DNA of 58,301 nucleotides from Leucoraja erinacea (Eukaryota): NCBI RefSeq assembly GCF_028641065.1, contig NW_026575257.1:1-58301 (forward strand), given 5' to 3'. A program made the translations under genes and the position numbers. The first letter of the stretch is position 1, and every line of letters starts with the position of its first letter. The notes below the pieces were generated by a model. It did no database searches. It saw only the letters and a list, made by a program, of their open reading frames with translations, and had not been told where the DNA came from. Positions 1-12,378 of the stretch are shown piece by piece.

Positions 1-495
1 TCCATAGTGGAGAAGTTATTCTGATTTGTATAATTCCTTTTGGCAATTGCTTCTGAAGATCTTTTATAGTAATGTCTGTAAGAATATTACGCTCGTCACC
101 GTTTCTTCCAGCTTGTCATTTCTTTCTCCTTTGTATCACTTCTCGCAGCCATATCGCTTGTAGGTTGTTGAGGTTCCAGCTCCTCTTCCAAACTTTCAAA
201 AGTGGGTTCAGGGGTGGTTTCAAGCTCATCCAGAGCTTTTTGGAGCTGGAAACTGATTGTAGTCTTCTTGGGTCCTCTCTGACCTCTTCTCTTTCTCATC
301 CAGTTTTTACGATAAGGTCGTTTTAAATCCCAAATCCACCAGTACCGTTTGATGGAGTCAGTACCCTCGACGTTCAGCAAACCTGATAAGAGTTTTTAAC
401 TCGATCCTGGCATGGGAGTCGAATTTAAACACGATTTGTCTGGAGGAGAGCTCAGTGCAGCTGCCTTCACTGCTTCATAGCAGCCACTGGAAGTG
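1..495 (-). mobile_element. Probable 5' end (5'UTR and start of ORF1) of an L1/Tx1-clade LINE, running off the window start
   Basis: Minus strand begins CACTTCCAGTGGCTGC, similar to the GACTTCCGG-type 5' ends of fish L1 elements. It is followed by a basic then acidic low-complexity ORF (96..380) resembling an ORF1 N-terminus. Confidence 0.4.
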
Positions 496-607
496 TTCTG
501 AATTGTTTAATAATTTCTTAGTTAAATATTTACATCAATCCATCTAGGATTAATGGAACGAAGAGTCTTTGCGATTATCTATAAACTCCTTCACTCCTTG
601 GCGAAAA

Positions 608-985
608 TGACACAAAATTCCGGAGTAACTCCGCGGGACGGGCAGCATCTCTGGAGAGGGGGGGGGGGGGGGGGGGGGGGGGATGCGTGAGGTTTCGGGT
701 CGTTGCCCTTCTTCAGACTGAGAGTCGGAGAAAGGGAAACGAGAGATGTAGATGGTGATGTAGAGAGATATAGAACAAATGAATATAATATATAAGTAAA
801 ATGTAACGATGATTAGGTAAACAGGTCATTGTTTGCTGTTTGCGAGGCGGAGAAGGAGAAACTAGTGCGACTTGGGTGGAGGTTGGGATGGAGGAGAGAG
901 CAAATGCAGGGGTTACTTGAAGTTAGATAAATCAATATTCATACCTTGGGTTGTAAACTGCCCTGGGGAAAACATGAGATACCTG
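608..985 (-). mobile_element. Penelope-like element 3' end (GIY-YIG C-terminus remnant and terminal repeat)
   Basis: 910-985 (-) reads approximately GSLQP-GMNIDLSNFK*, matching the end of the GIY-YIG ORF at 21811-22137. Terminal motif CTGAAGAAGGGCAACGACCCGAAAC at ~692-716 (-). Confidence 0.7.
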
Positions 986-1764
986 GGCATTCGCGATGCT
1001 GAATAAGGTCGTGATGCAACACATCTGTCTAATACTAGATGCGTGATGTGCAAATGATACGGTTTCCCGTTTATCTTTGTCTTTCAATGTTTGTGTTTTC
1101 ATCCCTGTCCGTTGTGCAATCATCTGCCATCAAAAACTACTGCGATGCTGTATCTACAAGTCATTTTGTCCGGCTTTTCCCCGTAACACAGCTTCACCCC
1201 CCCCCCCCCCCACCCACTGTAATGTGTGAATAAGGTCACGACCCTAAATGCAGCGTATTGATGTTCTCCAGAGATGCCCCTGACCCACTGCATACTCCAA
1301 TACAGTGTCTATTTCAGAATAATTTGCTTCATAGTGCAGAGTTAAACAAGCTCCATTTATCTCCTATCTGACAGCAAAGCAGAAATTATCCCACATAAAT
1401 ATAACATGGCGGTCACTTGCCACTTCTGTGAGCCAGTGGATGCTCTCGCGATTTGCAAGAGGAATTTTATTGCCAGCTCTGATCAACAATGCATCGAACA
1501 CGGCCCAGGTCTGACTAAATAAATATATTTTGATTCAATTACCTAATTCAGATTTATAACATTTGTCATACTACAGCAAAGTTGTTCGTAGTGAAACACA
1601 ATTCCTATCTGCAGTAGTGTAGTACTGTGTAAAATACGGTAACTATGAACAAGCATAAACATCACCGGTTGAAATGAGAGTGAAGACGCCGGATAAAATA
1701 TCTTGAATAATGTATTATACATTTACAGAATTCAAGTTCTGCTTGTTACTTGCTATCTATTATA

Positions 1765-2335
1765 CATGGTGCTGGTGAGACCACACCTCGAGTACTGTGC
1801 GCAATTGTGGTCTCCGAATTTGAGGAAGGACATTCTAGCTATTGTGGGAGTGCAGCGCAGGTTCACCGGGTTAATTCGCGGGATGGCAGGACTGACATAT
1901 AATGAAAGAAAGGGTCGATAAGATGGGCTTATGTTTACTGGAATTTAGAAGTATGAGAGGGGATCTTATAGAAACATATAACATTTTTCAGGGATTGGAC
2001 AGGCTAGATGCAGGTAAAATGTTCCCGAAGTTGGGGGAGTCCAGAACCAGGGGTCACAGTATAGGAATAGGTAGCCTATTTTGGTCTGAGATGAAAGAAA
2101 ATAGTTTTTACCCAGAGTATTGTGAATCTGTGGAATTCCCTGCCACATAAGGCAATGGAGACCATTTCACTGGACGTGTTCAAGAGAGAATTCGATATAT
2201 CCATATAACTGAATCATTGGATATGGGGAGGAACCAGGAACGGAATATTGATTTTGGATGAACATATTGAATGGCGGTGCTTGCTCGACGGGCCGAATGG
2301 CCTACTCAGGCATCTATTTTTCATGTCTCTGTCTA
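1765..2335 (+). mobile_element. CR1 LINE 3' fragment
   Basis: LVRPHLEYCAQLWSPNLRKDI...VQRRFT...RGDLIETY...RTRGHS is the CR1 ORF2 C-terminus, followed by the 3'UTR motif GGGCCGAATGGCCTACTC. Confidence 0.85.
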
Positions 2336-2650
2336 AGTAATTTGGACACATTGTGGGTGAATTTCAAATCAAATTAATTCAAAATGAAAAACTGCCCCCA
2401 GTAAATGCTAAACATTCTGGATTTTGTCAAGACTGAAGGGCGCCCACACCGGCACAAATTCTTGCTTCAGTTTAATCTAACGTGGATCTAAATATAAACG
2501 TCCTCACTGATGTTGAAATGTTTGAATTTGAATGAATCATTCATCTGATGTGTTGCAGCTGCTGGGACTCAAATTAACCGATCTGTTGCAATGTCTATAG
2601 TCAATTGATGCAATCACGTGGTATAGACGTGTGTCACCAGGGGCTTCTTC

Positions 2651-2660
2651 TATATATAAA
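2651..2660 (+). promoter_or_regulatory. TATA box candidate for GPR139-like copy 1
   Basis: TATATATAAA about 60-70 nt upstream of the exon 1 ATG at 2722. Confidence 0.45.
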
Positions 2661-3031
2661 TACGGTATTATTAAAGGTCCAGGCAAATCACCGGGTGGAA
2701 CAGGATATAATTCCTCAAAACATGGAGAGACCTGTAATTTTACAGATTGAACGAATTTACTACCCCATTCTTGGAACAATTGGGGTACCTGCTAAGCCAT
2801 TTAAAACCGGGTAAAACTCGTTATTGCGAGCAAGTTTCATGCACATGTCTATTGAATGGATGTGTTGCTTTTGATGACGTAATTGTCGAATTTCAAATGA
2901 ATTCACATCTGTTTTCCCGTTGTGTTCAATTGATCTAATTCAGCTGATTGTGTGAGGTGGCAAAATAGAAATAGACACATGTCTGGATTAATATGTGAAA
3001 AATTAATGTGAATGGTTTGTTTGTCGACAAG

Positions 3032-3452
3032 ACCATATAACCATATAACCATATAACAATTACAGCACGGAAACAGGCCATCTCGACCCTTCTAGTCCGT
3101 GCCGAACACATAATCTCCCCTAGTCCCATATACCTGCGCTCAGACCATAACCCTCCATTCCCTTCCCATCCATATAACTATCCAATTTATTTTTAAATGA
3201 TAAAAACGAACCTGCCTCCACCACCTTCACTGGAAGCTCATTCCACACAGCTACCACTCTCTGAGTAAAAAGTTCCCCCTCATGTCACCCCTAAACTTCA
3301 GTCCCTTAATTCTCATGTCATGTCCCCTTGTTTGAATCTTCCCTACTCTCAGTGGGGAAAGCTTTTCCACGTCAACTCTGTCTATCCCTCTCATCATTTT
3401 AAAAACCTCTATCAAGTCCCCCCTTAACCTTCTGCGCTCCAAAGAATAAAGA
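3032..3452 (-). mobile_element. CR1 LINE 3' end, (TTATATGG)n-tailed subfamily
   Basis: ORF 3251..3442 ERRRLRGDLIEVFKMMRG; CCATATAA repeats at 3033-3056. Confidence 0.85.
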
Positions 3453-3469
3453 CAACCAATCCTGAAATA

Positions 3470-3728
3470 TTTAAGAAGGAACTGCAGGTGCTGGAAAATC
3501 GAAGGTAGACAAAAGTGCTGGAGAAACTCAGCGGGTGCAGCAGCATCTATGGAGCGAAGGTAATAGGCAACATTTCGGGCCGAAACCCTTCTTCAGATCA
3601 GTCTCACTCTGATACAAAAATATATCTGCCGGGTCTAGGGGACAAGGCAGGTGTGTGTCCTCACAAACAAAATGCCGCAGTAACTCAGCGAGGCAGGCAG
3701 CATCTCTGGAGAGATCGAATGGGTGACA
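3470..3728 (-). mobile_element. Penelope-derived terminal-repeat fragments
   Basis: Near-identical to the terminal repeat at 21575-21700. Contains CTGAAGAAGGGTTTCGGCCCGAAATGTT on the minus strand. Confidence 0.7.
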
Positions 3729-3729
3729 G

Positions 3730-5212
3730 AGAAATATTTAAAATAGGTGCAGGAGACTGTTTGGCCCTTCGGGCCTGCATCTACATTTAGTGTGATCATG
3801 GCTGATCATCCACAATCCGTAACCCGTGCTTACCTTCTCCCCATGTCCCTTGATTCCGCTACGCCCAAGTGCTCTATCTAAATTTTAAATTCATCTAGTG
3901 AATTGGTCTCCACTGCTTTCTGTGGCAGAGAATTCGCCAAATTCACAACTCTCAGGGTGATTTTTTTTCTCATCTCAGTTTTAAATGACCTCCCCTTTAT
4001 TCTGAGACTGTGGCCCCTGGTTCTGGACTCCTCCAACATACAACACGATACAATACAATACAATACAAGTTATTTGTTGTCATTTAAACCTCATTGAGGT
4101 TCAAATGAAATGTTATTTCTGCAGTCATATACACAATTAAAAAGAACCAAGACAACACAATTTACACAAATATCCTCACTGTGATGGAAGGCAAAGTCTT
4201 ATCTCTCCCTTGCACTCCCCATTCTCCTCCCGATGTCAGAGTCAAACCCCCGGCGGGCGATGGTAATTGTCCCGCGGCCATTAAAACCGCGCCGGGTGAT
4301 GTAAGGCCCCGCTCCAGGTGCTCTTCAACCCCGGAACTCGGACGGGAGAAGCCGCCGTTGCGGAAGTCCCGAAAAGCGGTCTCCCAGCAGGGACCCGCGG
4401 GCTCCCGGCATTACTGTCGACCAGACCTGCGGTAAGCATTCGAATCTTCGGGGTCAGGTCGCAGCCGAGCGCCACCACAGCTCCACCCGCTCCGAACTCG
4501 GCCAGCTCCACGATGGTGAATAGGTCCGCAGCTGCGTGACAGGAGCCTTAGGTCGTTCCGTTTGGAGGCCGCTCCACGCAGCCCCAACGACAACGGAGAC
4601 CCGACAGAGAAAAGGTCGGGTTCTCCGCGCAGGGAAAAGATTTTAAAAGTCTCCCCACCCCCCGTCCCCACACACATACCCAGTTAAAAAATAAAAACTA
4701 CATTCAGACGAGACAAAAAATAATAAAAAAGACAGACAGACTGCAGAGGCCGCTGCGACGTGAGTCGCGCCTGGGAACATTTTCCTGCATCTAACCTGTA
4801 AAGTTCTGTTATAATAGTATACGTTTGTACAAGATATCCCCTCATCGTTCTAAACTCCAGTGAATACAAGCCTAGTCTTTTCAATCTTTCCTCATATGAC
4901 AGTCCCGCCATCCCAGGGATGGATCTCGTGAACCTACGCTGCACTGCCTCAATCACAATGTCCTCAAATTAGGAGACCAAAACTGTACACAATACTCCAG
5001 ATGTGGTCTCACCAGAGCCCTATACAACTGCAGAAGAACCTCTTTACTCCTATACTGAAATCCACTTGTTATGAAGGCCAACATTCCATTAGCTTTCTTC
5101 ACTGCCTGCTGTACCCGCACGCTAACTTTCAGTGGCCGGTGTACAAGGACACCCAGGTCTCGCTGCCCCTCCCCCTTACCTAACCTAACCCGATTGAGAT
5201 AATAATCTGCCC
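3730..5212 (-). mobile_element. CR1 LINE 3' fragment split by an insertion at ~4040-4771
   Basis: ORFs 3878..4063 (ESRTRGHSLRIKG) and 4684..4956 (AVQRRFTRSIPGMAGLSYEERL) are colinear parts of CR1 ORF2. Confidence 0.8.
4040..4771 (-). mobile_element. Non-autonomous GC-rich retroelement with a simple-repeat (TATTG)n 3' tail
   Basis: Interrupts a CR1 and has a CAATA-repeat tail. Shares blocks (CCTCACTGTGATGGAAGGCAAA, GGGYGATGGTAA, GACAGAC..ACTGCAG) with 17271-18066. Confidence 0.6.
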
Positions 5213-7439
5213 CCGATGGGTAGGCGGGGAATGGAGGGATCTGGATCTCGACCTGGCAGAGGAGATTTTCTGAACGTATACCGATATTGAGGAGCGAACG
5301 ACCTGCTGGTGCACTGTACTATTTGTAATCAATATTATAAATATAAATAACTCTCTGGAGACAACAGTGCAAATGATCTACTCGATGCGGACGAACAGTC
5401 AATGGTAAGTAATAATAAGAAGGATGATACTTGGTTTGGCAACATTGCCCGGAACCCGCAACCGTACAGATGCCTGTCTGCATTTTTACTCGTTATTTCT
5501 GCCGACGTGAGTCGAGTCGAGCTCTAGACATCACTATGGCGTTAGTCGTTTAAAGTGGAGTGTTGCATTGGCCATGACAACATCCCAAATAATGAATCAT
5601 GAGTTCCTACTTAAAACAGTCACCAAAACTTTAGGCAATTCCTTCCTGTCAGCGGTATGTACGGGAATCAATAACCGGGAATACTTACAATATTTTAAAC
5701 AATCAAAATAAACGATTAAAAAAAACAAGGATAAATTAATGTATTGCTCCCAGTTATATCCAAATGAAACATTATTTCAAATCTTTAGAATGAAGAAACA
5801 ATACAACAAAATTATTTACTTTAAAGACACCTCCAATGAATGGAGTCGCGTTATATAAGCCAGTCATGCTTCGTATAAAGCACAATTCAGCGAGACCAGC
5901 CTCCCGCTCAGTACTTGGTTCATGGTTCTACAGCAGAGACGAATCTAATCTACAGCTGTATTCAGACTTTAGCGCTGCAAAGACCAGACCCACTAATCGG
6001 GGTTGACCGAACGGTCACAATTGCAACCGATTTTTCCACTAAAACTATCAGATAAATATTGTGCAATAAATTCTAATCCAGATAATGAAACATCACTATT
6101 CGGCGTCTCATATCGAATATCATTATTAATATACATTTGTTGTATGCAGAAAATTTGTTGGCCATCGTGATCTTGTCCCGAGGAAAGTGCGGTCTCTCCA
6201 AATGCATCACTCGTTACCTGCTGGGAATGGCTGTCGCTGACTTGATGGTCATTACATTTGTTGTCATTTGATATCAGATTATTGACGCATATTTTCCACA
6301 GTCCTTCTTCAATCTCACCATTATTTGTAGATTTATTTTAACCATGATTTTTATTTCCATGGACTGTTCAGTGTGGCTCACTGTGGCTTTTACTTTCGAC
6401 CGATTTATTGCGATTTGCCATCAAATGCTACGAACAAAATATTGCACTGAAAAGAATGTGACTATCGTGACAGCGGTGGTGTTGTGTACAAGTATTGTGG
6501 AAAACATTCCGTACTATTTTATATACGAACCACGGGAGGTAGTTAATGGCGTTGAGTGGTCGTGCTATGTAAAATCAAACTTCTACACATTACCCATTTG
6601 GGCCGCATTTCTGTGGCTGGAAACGATCTTGACTCCGTTTGCTCCCTATGTGTTGATCTTGCTGCTTAATTCATCTGACCATCAGACACATTATACTGGC
6701 GAACCGAGTGAGGAGCGGACTACGTGGAAACAACAGTATTGTGAAGCACACTGACCCAGAGATAGAGAACCGCAGAAAATCCATCGTGTTGCTGCTCGCC
6801 ATATCTGGCAGCTTTATTCTCTTGTGGATGGTTAATTTGGTATGTTACATATACGTGCAATTTACTGACACGCATTTTTTGGATGCAAGTTACAATGACC
6901 CCTTCACCATTGCTGAGTTATCCGGGTACATGCTGAAGTCTTTGAGTTCTTGCACGAACACCTTTATTTATGCTGTATCCCAGAGAAAATTCAGAGAGGA
7001 ACTGAAACACGTGATCAAATGGCCCATGGTTCTTGTTGCCACTGTAACCAACTGCATTAAATGATCCACCGAATATTTTGTCCAAATTACAAATGTAATT
7101 GCCTTGAACACTATTGAACAAAATTGAAAGGGTGTGCATGCACGCAAGGAGATCTATAAATGAGCCAAATGTCTCGGGAAGTTGTTTAAACCGTCAAACA
7201 ACATACACCGTAATGGGACTACTTATGCGATTATTTATGTTATTTTTTTGCAGAGATGTTATGGATGGGAGATGTATGTGATGGGGAAGGTCAGTGCATA
7301 GGGTGATGAAACCAAACTCGAGTCAGTGAAGTAGGTCCCAATTGCCCGCAGCATATCGGAAATACCAAGCGTATATAAATGTTGTTTTAGTACTGCGTCC
7401 CGACCTCATATCAAGATATAACTTTCAACTAAAAACAGT

Positions 7440-8215
7440 CCCCTTCTTGCCGTGCCGAACACATATCGCCCATCCCATATCCCTGTAACCATATTCCCTG
7501 CCCTTCCCATCCATATAGCTGTCCAAGCGTATATTAAAAAACGAACCTGTGTTTTAGTGGACCTGCGTCAACGACCATCATCTGGCTGAAGTCATTGTTA
7601 CGTAGTTCCGCCGTCCCTCACTTCCGTGTCCAACAATGGGTGAAAACGTTGCCCTTCAGGCTCCTATTATTCATCTTCTCAACTTAAACTATGAACGTCT
7701 GTTTCTTGATTCTCCTCTTAGTAAAATACTCAGTTCATTTCATTCACTCTATCGATTTCACTCATTATTTTATACACCTCTATAAGATAAACCCTCAGCC
7801 TTCTGTGATCTAAGGAACAAAATCCCAACCTCCACTGTGTAGGTCCAGTTGATTTTCCAGCTGAATAAAACCGTTTCTGTAACAGGTTGACCAAAAACAA
7901 CTCTAAACGCGGCCTCAACAACGTGGCGTCCAACGGCACCATATCGGCCCAAGTGTTTACCTCAACACACTGACTGATGAAGGTCAAATGTACCAAACAC
8001 CCCATTCACCACAGGAAAATCATATCTGGTCAGAAACATGCGTAGGAAACGTTCATAGGGACATGGGCCAAACTTAGGCAGGTGGGATTAGCGTCGAGGG
8101 ACAAGGGCAAGTTGGGCCAAGGTCCTTTCTTCGTGTTTTCTGGCTCCATGACTCTAAATGTGACAAGCCCAACATGCCAACATGGTCAGCATGGATGAGA
8201 TGGGCCGAAGGGCGT
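7440..8215. mobile_element. Degenerate CR1 fragments
   Basis: ORF 7730..8005 (-) contains LRPRLE...RRLRVYLIEVYKIM; CR1-type 3'UTR remnants on both strands. Confidence 0.55.
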
Positions 8216-8521
8216 ACTTCTGTGTGACGAAACTCTATGTTTATGATTTTACGAATCTCTCTGGTCAGGCGGGATGTTCTTACATCCAAGCCTCAGCGAG
8301 GATGTATAACCGCGAGATCCTTATTCAGGCTCTCCCTCAAAACAGCGCAGCTCTGCACGGCTGCTCGTCTCACAACATCTGCCGACAATGCCGAGAACCT
8401 AGCGATCTTGTGGCCAATGAGGGTTACGGTACGGGATACTGAGTTGGATGATCTCATATTTCATGAAGGGAATGGCCTACCCTGCACCTAATTTCTATGT
8501 TTCTATGTTTCCCGAAGGTTC

Positions 8522-10170
8522 ATATAACCATATAACCATATAACCATATAACAATTACAGCATGGACACAGGCCATCTCGACCCTTCTAGTCCGTGCCGA
8601 ACACATATTCTCCCCTAGTCCCATATACCTGCGCTCAGACCATAACCTTCCATTCCCTTCCCGCCCATATAACTATCCAATTTATTTTTAAATGATAAAA
8701 ACGAACCTGCCTCCACCACCTTCACTGGAAGCTCATTCCACACAGCCACCACTCTCTGAGTAAAGAAGTTCCCCCTCATGTTACCCCTAAACTTCAGTCC
8801 CTTAATTCTCATGTCATGTCCCCTTGTTTGAATCTTCCCTACTCTCAGTGGTAAAAGCTTTTCCACGTCAACTCTGTCTATCCCTCTCATCATTTTAAAA
8901 ACCTCTATCAAGTCCCCCCTTAACCTTCTGCGCTCCAAAGAATAAATCCCTAACTTGTTCAACCTTTCTCTGTAACTTAGTTGCTGAAACCCAGGCAACA
9001 TTATAGTAAATCTCCTCTGTACTCTCTCTCTATTTTGTTGACATTCTTCCTATAAAGGCGACCAAAATTGTACACCATACTCCAGAATTGGCCTCACCAA
9101 TGCCTTGTACAATTTTAACATTACATCTCAACTTCTATACTCAATGCTCTCATTTATAAAGGCCAGCACACCAAAAGCTTTCTTTACCACCCTACCATGA
9201 GATTCCACTTTCAGGGAACTGTGCACAGTTATTCCCAGATCCCTTTGTTCACCTACATTCTTCAATTCCCTGCCATTTACCATGTACGTCCTATTTTGAT
9301 TTGTCCTGCCAAGATGTAGCACCTCACACTTATCAGCATTAAACTCCATCTGCCATCTTTCAGCCCACTCTTCCAACTGGCATAAATCTCTCTGTAGACT
9401 TTGAAACTCTACTTCATTACCCACAACCCCACCTATCTTATTATCATCTGCATACTTACTAATCCAATTTACCACACCATCATCCAGGTCATTGATGTAC
9501 ATGACAAACAACAGTGGACCCAACACAGATCCCTGTGTCACCCCACTCGTCACTGGCCTCCAACCTGACAAACAACCATCCACCATTACTCTCTGGCATC
9601 TCCCATTCAGCCACTGTTAAATCCATCTTGCTACTCCACCATTAATACCCAACCATTGAAACTTCTTAACCAACCTTCCATGAGGAACCTCGTCAAAGGC
9701 CTTACTGAAGTCCATATACACAACATCCACTGCTGTACCCTCATCAATTTCCCGAGTAACATCTTCAAAAAATTCAAGAAGATTAGTCAAACATGACCTT
9801 CCAGGCACAAATTCATGTTGACTGTTCCTAATCAGGCCCTGCTTATCCAGATGCTTATATATATTATTTCTAAGTATTCTTGCCATTAATTTGCCCACCA
9901 CGGACGTCAAACTAACAGGTCTATAATTGCTAGGTTTACTCTTAGACCCCTTTTTAAACAATGGAACAACATGCGCAGTACGCCAATCCCCCGGCACTAT
10001 TCCCGTTTCTAATGACCCTTGAAATATTTCTGCCATAGCCCCTGCTATTTCTACACTAACTTCCCTCAATGTCCTAGGGAATATCCTGTCCGGACCTGGA
10101 GACTTATCCACTTTTATATTTCTCAAAAGTGTCAGTATTTCCTCTTCTTTGAATCTCATAGTTTCCATCA
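8522..10170 (-). mobile_element. 5'-truncated CR1 LINE (RT domain to 3' tail)
   Basis: ORFs 9617..10168, 9128..9586 and 8615..9001 give KSPGPD, NYRPVSLTSVVGK, DFSKAFD, QGSVLGP, YADD. CCATATAA tail at 8522-8551. Confidence 0.92.
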
Positions 10171-10283
10171 GTCTATATGGCCTTGTGACAATTCATTGGG
10201 TAAAACAGTTTGAATTGGTCCAAATATTGTTGCAAATCACGAACACCTATCTATGTCACTTTCTATATTTTCTGACTGGCTTT

Positions 10284-10570
10284 GGTACCCGGAAGTGGCG
10301 CCGACGGGGGAGAAGCCGAAGCAAAGAAGTGGATCCAAATAACTGAATGGAAACGAAGCCGAAGCGCCAAATAAGCGAATGGAAACGAAGCCGAAACACC
10401 AACTAACCGAGAGGGGGGGGGGACGCCTAAGTGCAAACTAACCGACAGGGCAGGACGCTTAAAAGCGAATTAACCGAAAGGCTGTGTCGCCTAAAAACAA
10501 AACCACCGAATGGCCTCTTTGCCGAAATGCCACCTACCCGAAAGGCGGCGTCGCCTACAAGCAAACAGAT
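10284..10570. repeat. 16-bp periodic CCGAA array, probable DNA-transposon subterminal region
   Basis: Units such as CTGAATGGAAACGAAG, CCGAAGCGCCAAATAA and CCGAAACACCAACTAA. A homologous array lies at 38156-38390. Confidence 0.65.
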
Positions 10571-10894
10571 CAATTGCCGTCATCGAAATCAGAAAACAAG
10601 GAACTTGTATCCATCTGGATCTCTGTTCACCAATTGTTCTGCGGTCCCAACATTTACCGGTGATGTCCGACTACTATTTACCTCCCGAAACATTGTATAA
10701 CTTCCGAGTTGTCAGAATTCAACGCCATTCAATTCAAAATGTGCACGCATTCATCTCTCTTCCTTATCATCCATTGCTGTGTCTCACATTGCTTTCATTC
10801 AAATGCATTTTCATCTCTGGCCTTTGTTCGATCAGCCATGCCAACCAAAACCACCGTCAACCTGCATCCGCCTGTCACTTCGCTCGGTTTTGGC

Positions 10895-11515
10895 GAGCCC
10901 CACATCTCTCCCAGCTCCTCCAGCCCCCCGCCCACGTCTCTCCCAGCTCCTCGCCTCATTTCCCGCCGGTCAAGTCGAAATGAGGTCGTCAACCGCATGT
11001 CTATTACTCCAAAATCGCCCCCCCTGCCTCACGTCTCTCCATCTCTGCCTCCATCCGCCCCAAAAACCACCGTCCTGCATCCGCCTGTCACTTGCCCAGC
11101 TCCCCGCCCCACGCCTCGTCTCTCCCCCACTCACGTCTCTCCCAGCTCCTCGCCCCCGCCCACGTCTCCCAGCTCTCGCCGCCCCACGCTCTCCCAGCGC
11201 CCGCCCACTCCCAGTCTCTCTCGCCCGCCCCCCCAGGTCTCGCCCAGCTCCAGCCCCCGCCCACGTCTCTCCCAGCTCCTCGCCCCCGTCCCACAGCCCA
11301 CTCCCAGCCCCGTCGCTCTCAGCCCGCCGTCGCCCACGTCTCTCCCAGCCCACCGACCCCGCCCACGTCTCTCCCAGCTCTCATCCCCCCGCCCACGTCT
11401 CTCTCAGCTATCTGCCCCCGCCCACGTCTCTCCCAGCCCACCGACACCGCCCACGTCTCTCTCAGCTATCCGCCCCCGCCCACGTCTCTCCCAGCTCCTC
11501 GCCCCCCTCCTCCCC
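10895..11515 (+). repeat. C-rich minisatellite, ~29-bp unit CCCCCGCCCACGTCTCTCCCAGCTCCTCG
   Basis: Many degenerate tandem copies are directly visible. They explain the Pro/Ser-rich ORFs here. Confidence 0.9.
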
Positions 11516-12378
11516 AACCAGTCTGAGTTGGGGTGCTGACCCGAAATGTCGCATATTTATATTCCCCAGGGATGCTCCCGGAATTACTGCAACACAGTGT
11601 CTATGCGAAAGGTAATATAATTTACGAATCATCTGTTTCATAATGAATATTCAAACATCATCAATTTCTATCACATCTGTCTGCGAAATAGAAGCGATCT
11701 TATTTAAATGGACCGTGGTCGCCGCCTGCAATCCCAGTGGGCCAATGTGTGCGATTTGCAAGAGCACACATATTGCTGATTCTGATTAACAATACATTGA
11801 GCACACCCCACGATCACTAACGGAATACATATTAAGGATCTTCTCCAAATACAGATGTCCATAGACCTTCACATTGAAGACCCTCTTTTGCTCAATATTC
11901 TCTCGGAATCACCATTCTATATAACACATATAAGATAGAGGAGGATAGCACAGGACCAGGCAAATTCCACCCTAACTGTCGAACATGATGACAACATAAT
12001 CCAATCTCGTGTTCCTGAACATGAACATGAACTTATCCAAAAGCCTCTTCAATGCCACGTTGTCATAAGTCTCCACCGTCTCCTCTGGCAGTGCGTTCCG
12101 GGCTCCCACCACTCTCAGGAGTCATTTGTCATGTGGTTATTGTTTAGAAAACTATGTCGAGTTGTTTGTGAGAAGGACCAGATGGGCGCCCTTATTGCTG
12201 TTACGCTTTGCATATGAGCACAGGGGGATATGATCAGTTAATCTACAGGTTTCTACAAAAATGATGTTATGGTTTGCAGTAAGGAAATAATTATTGGGTG
12301 CAGGATGATATTGATCACTTGGTAAAATGGCTGAACTGGGGTACGTAGAATATAATGCTGACAATTGTGTGGTGATGT

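Larger units (their letters stand above)
2722..7064 (+). pseudogene. GPR139-like class A GPCR pseudogene, copy 1 (exon 1 2722-2791; exon 2 6150-7064)
   Basis: Exon 1 encodes MERPVILQIERIYYPILGTIGVP. Exon 2 follows TGCAG and encodes NLLAIVILSRGKCGLSKCITRYL...FTFDRF...NTFIY. Lesions: donor reads G|CTAAG instead of G|GTAAG, in-frame TGA at 6269-6271, and a +1 frameshift at ~6674. Confidence 0.88.

Noticed and set aside
10284-10570. CRISPR-like repeat and spacer appearance
   Set aside because: Core of only ~5 nt with a 16-nt period, vertebrate context and no cas genes.
10510-11615. Long Pro/Ser/Arg-rich ORFs (up to 278 aa)
   Set aside because: Open in several frames on both strands because of a stop-poor minisatellite.
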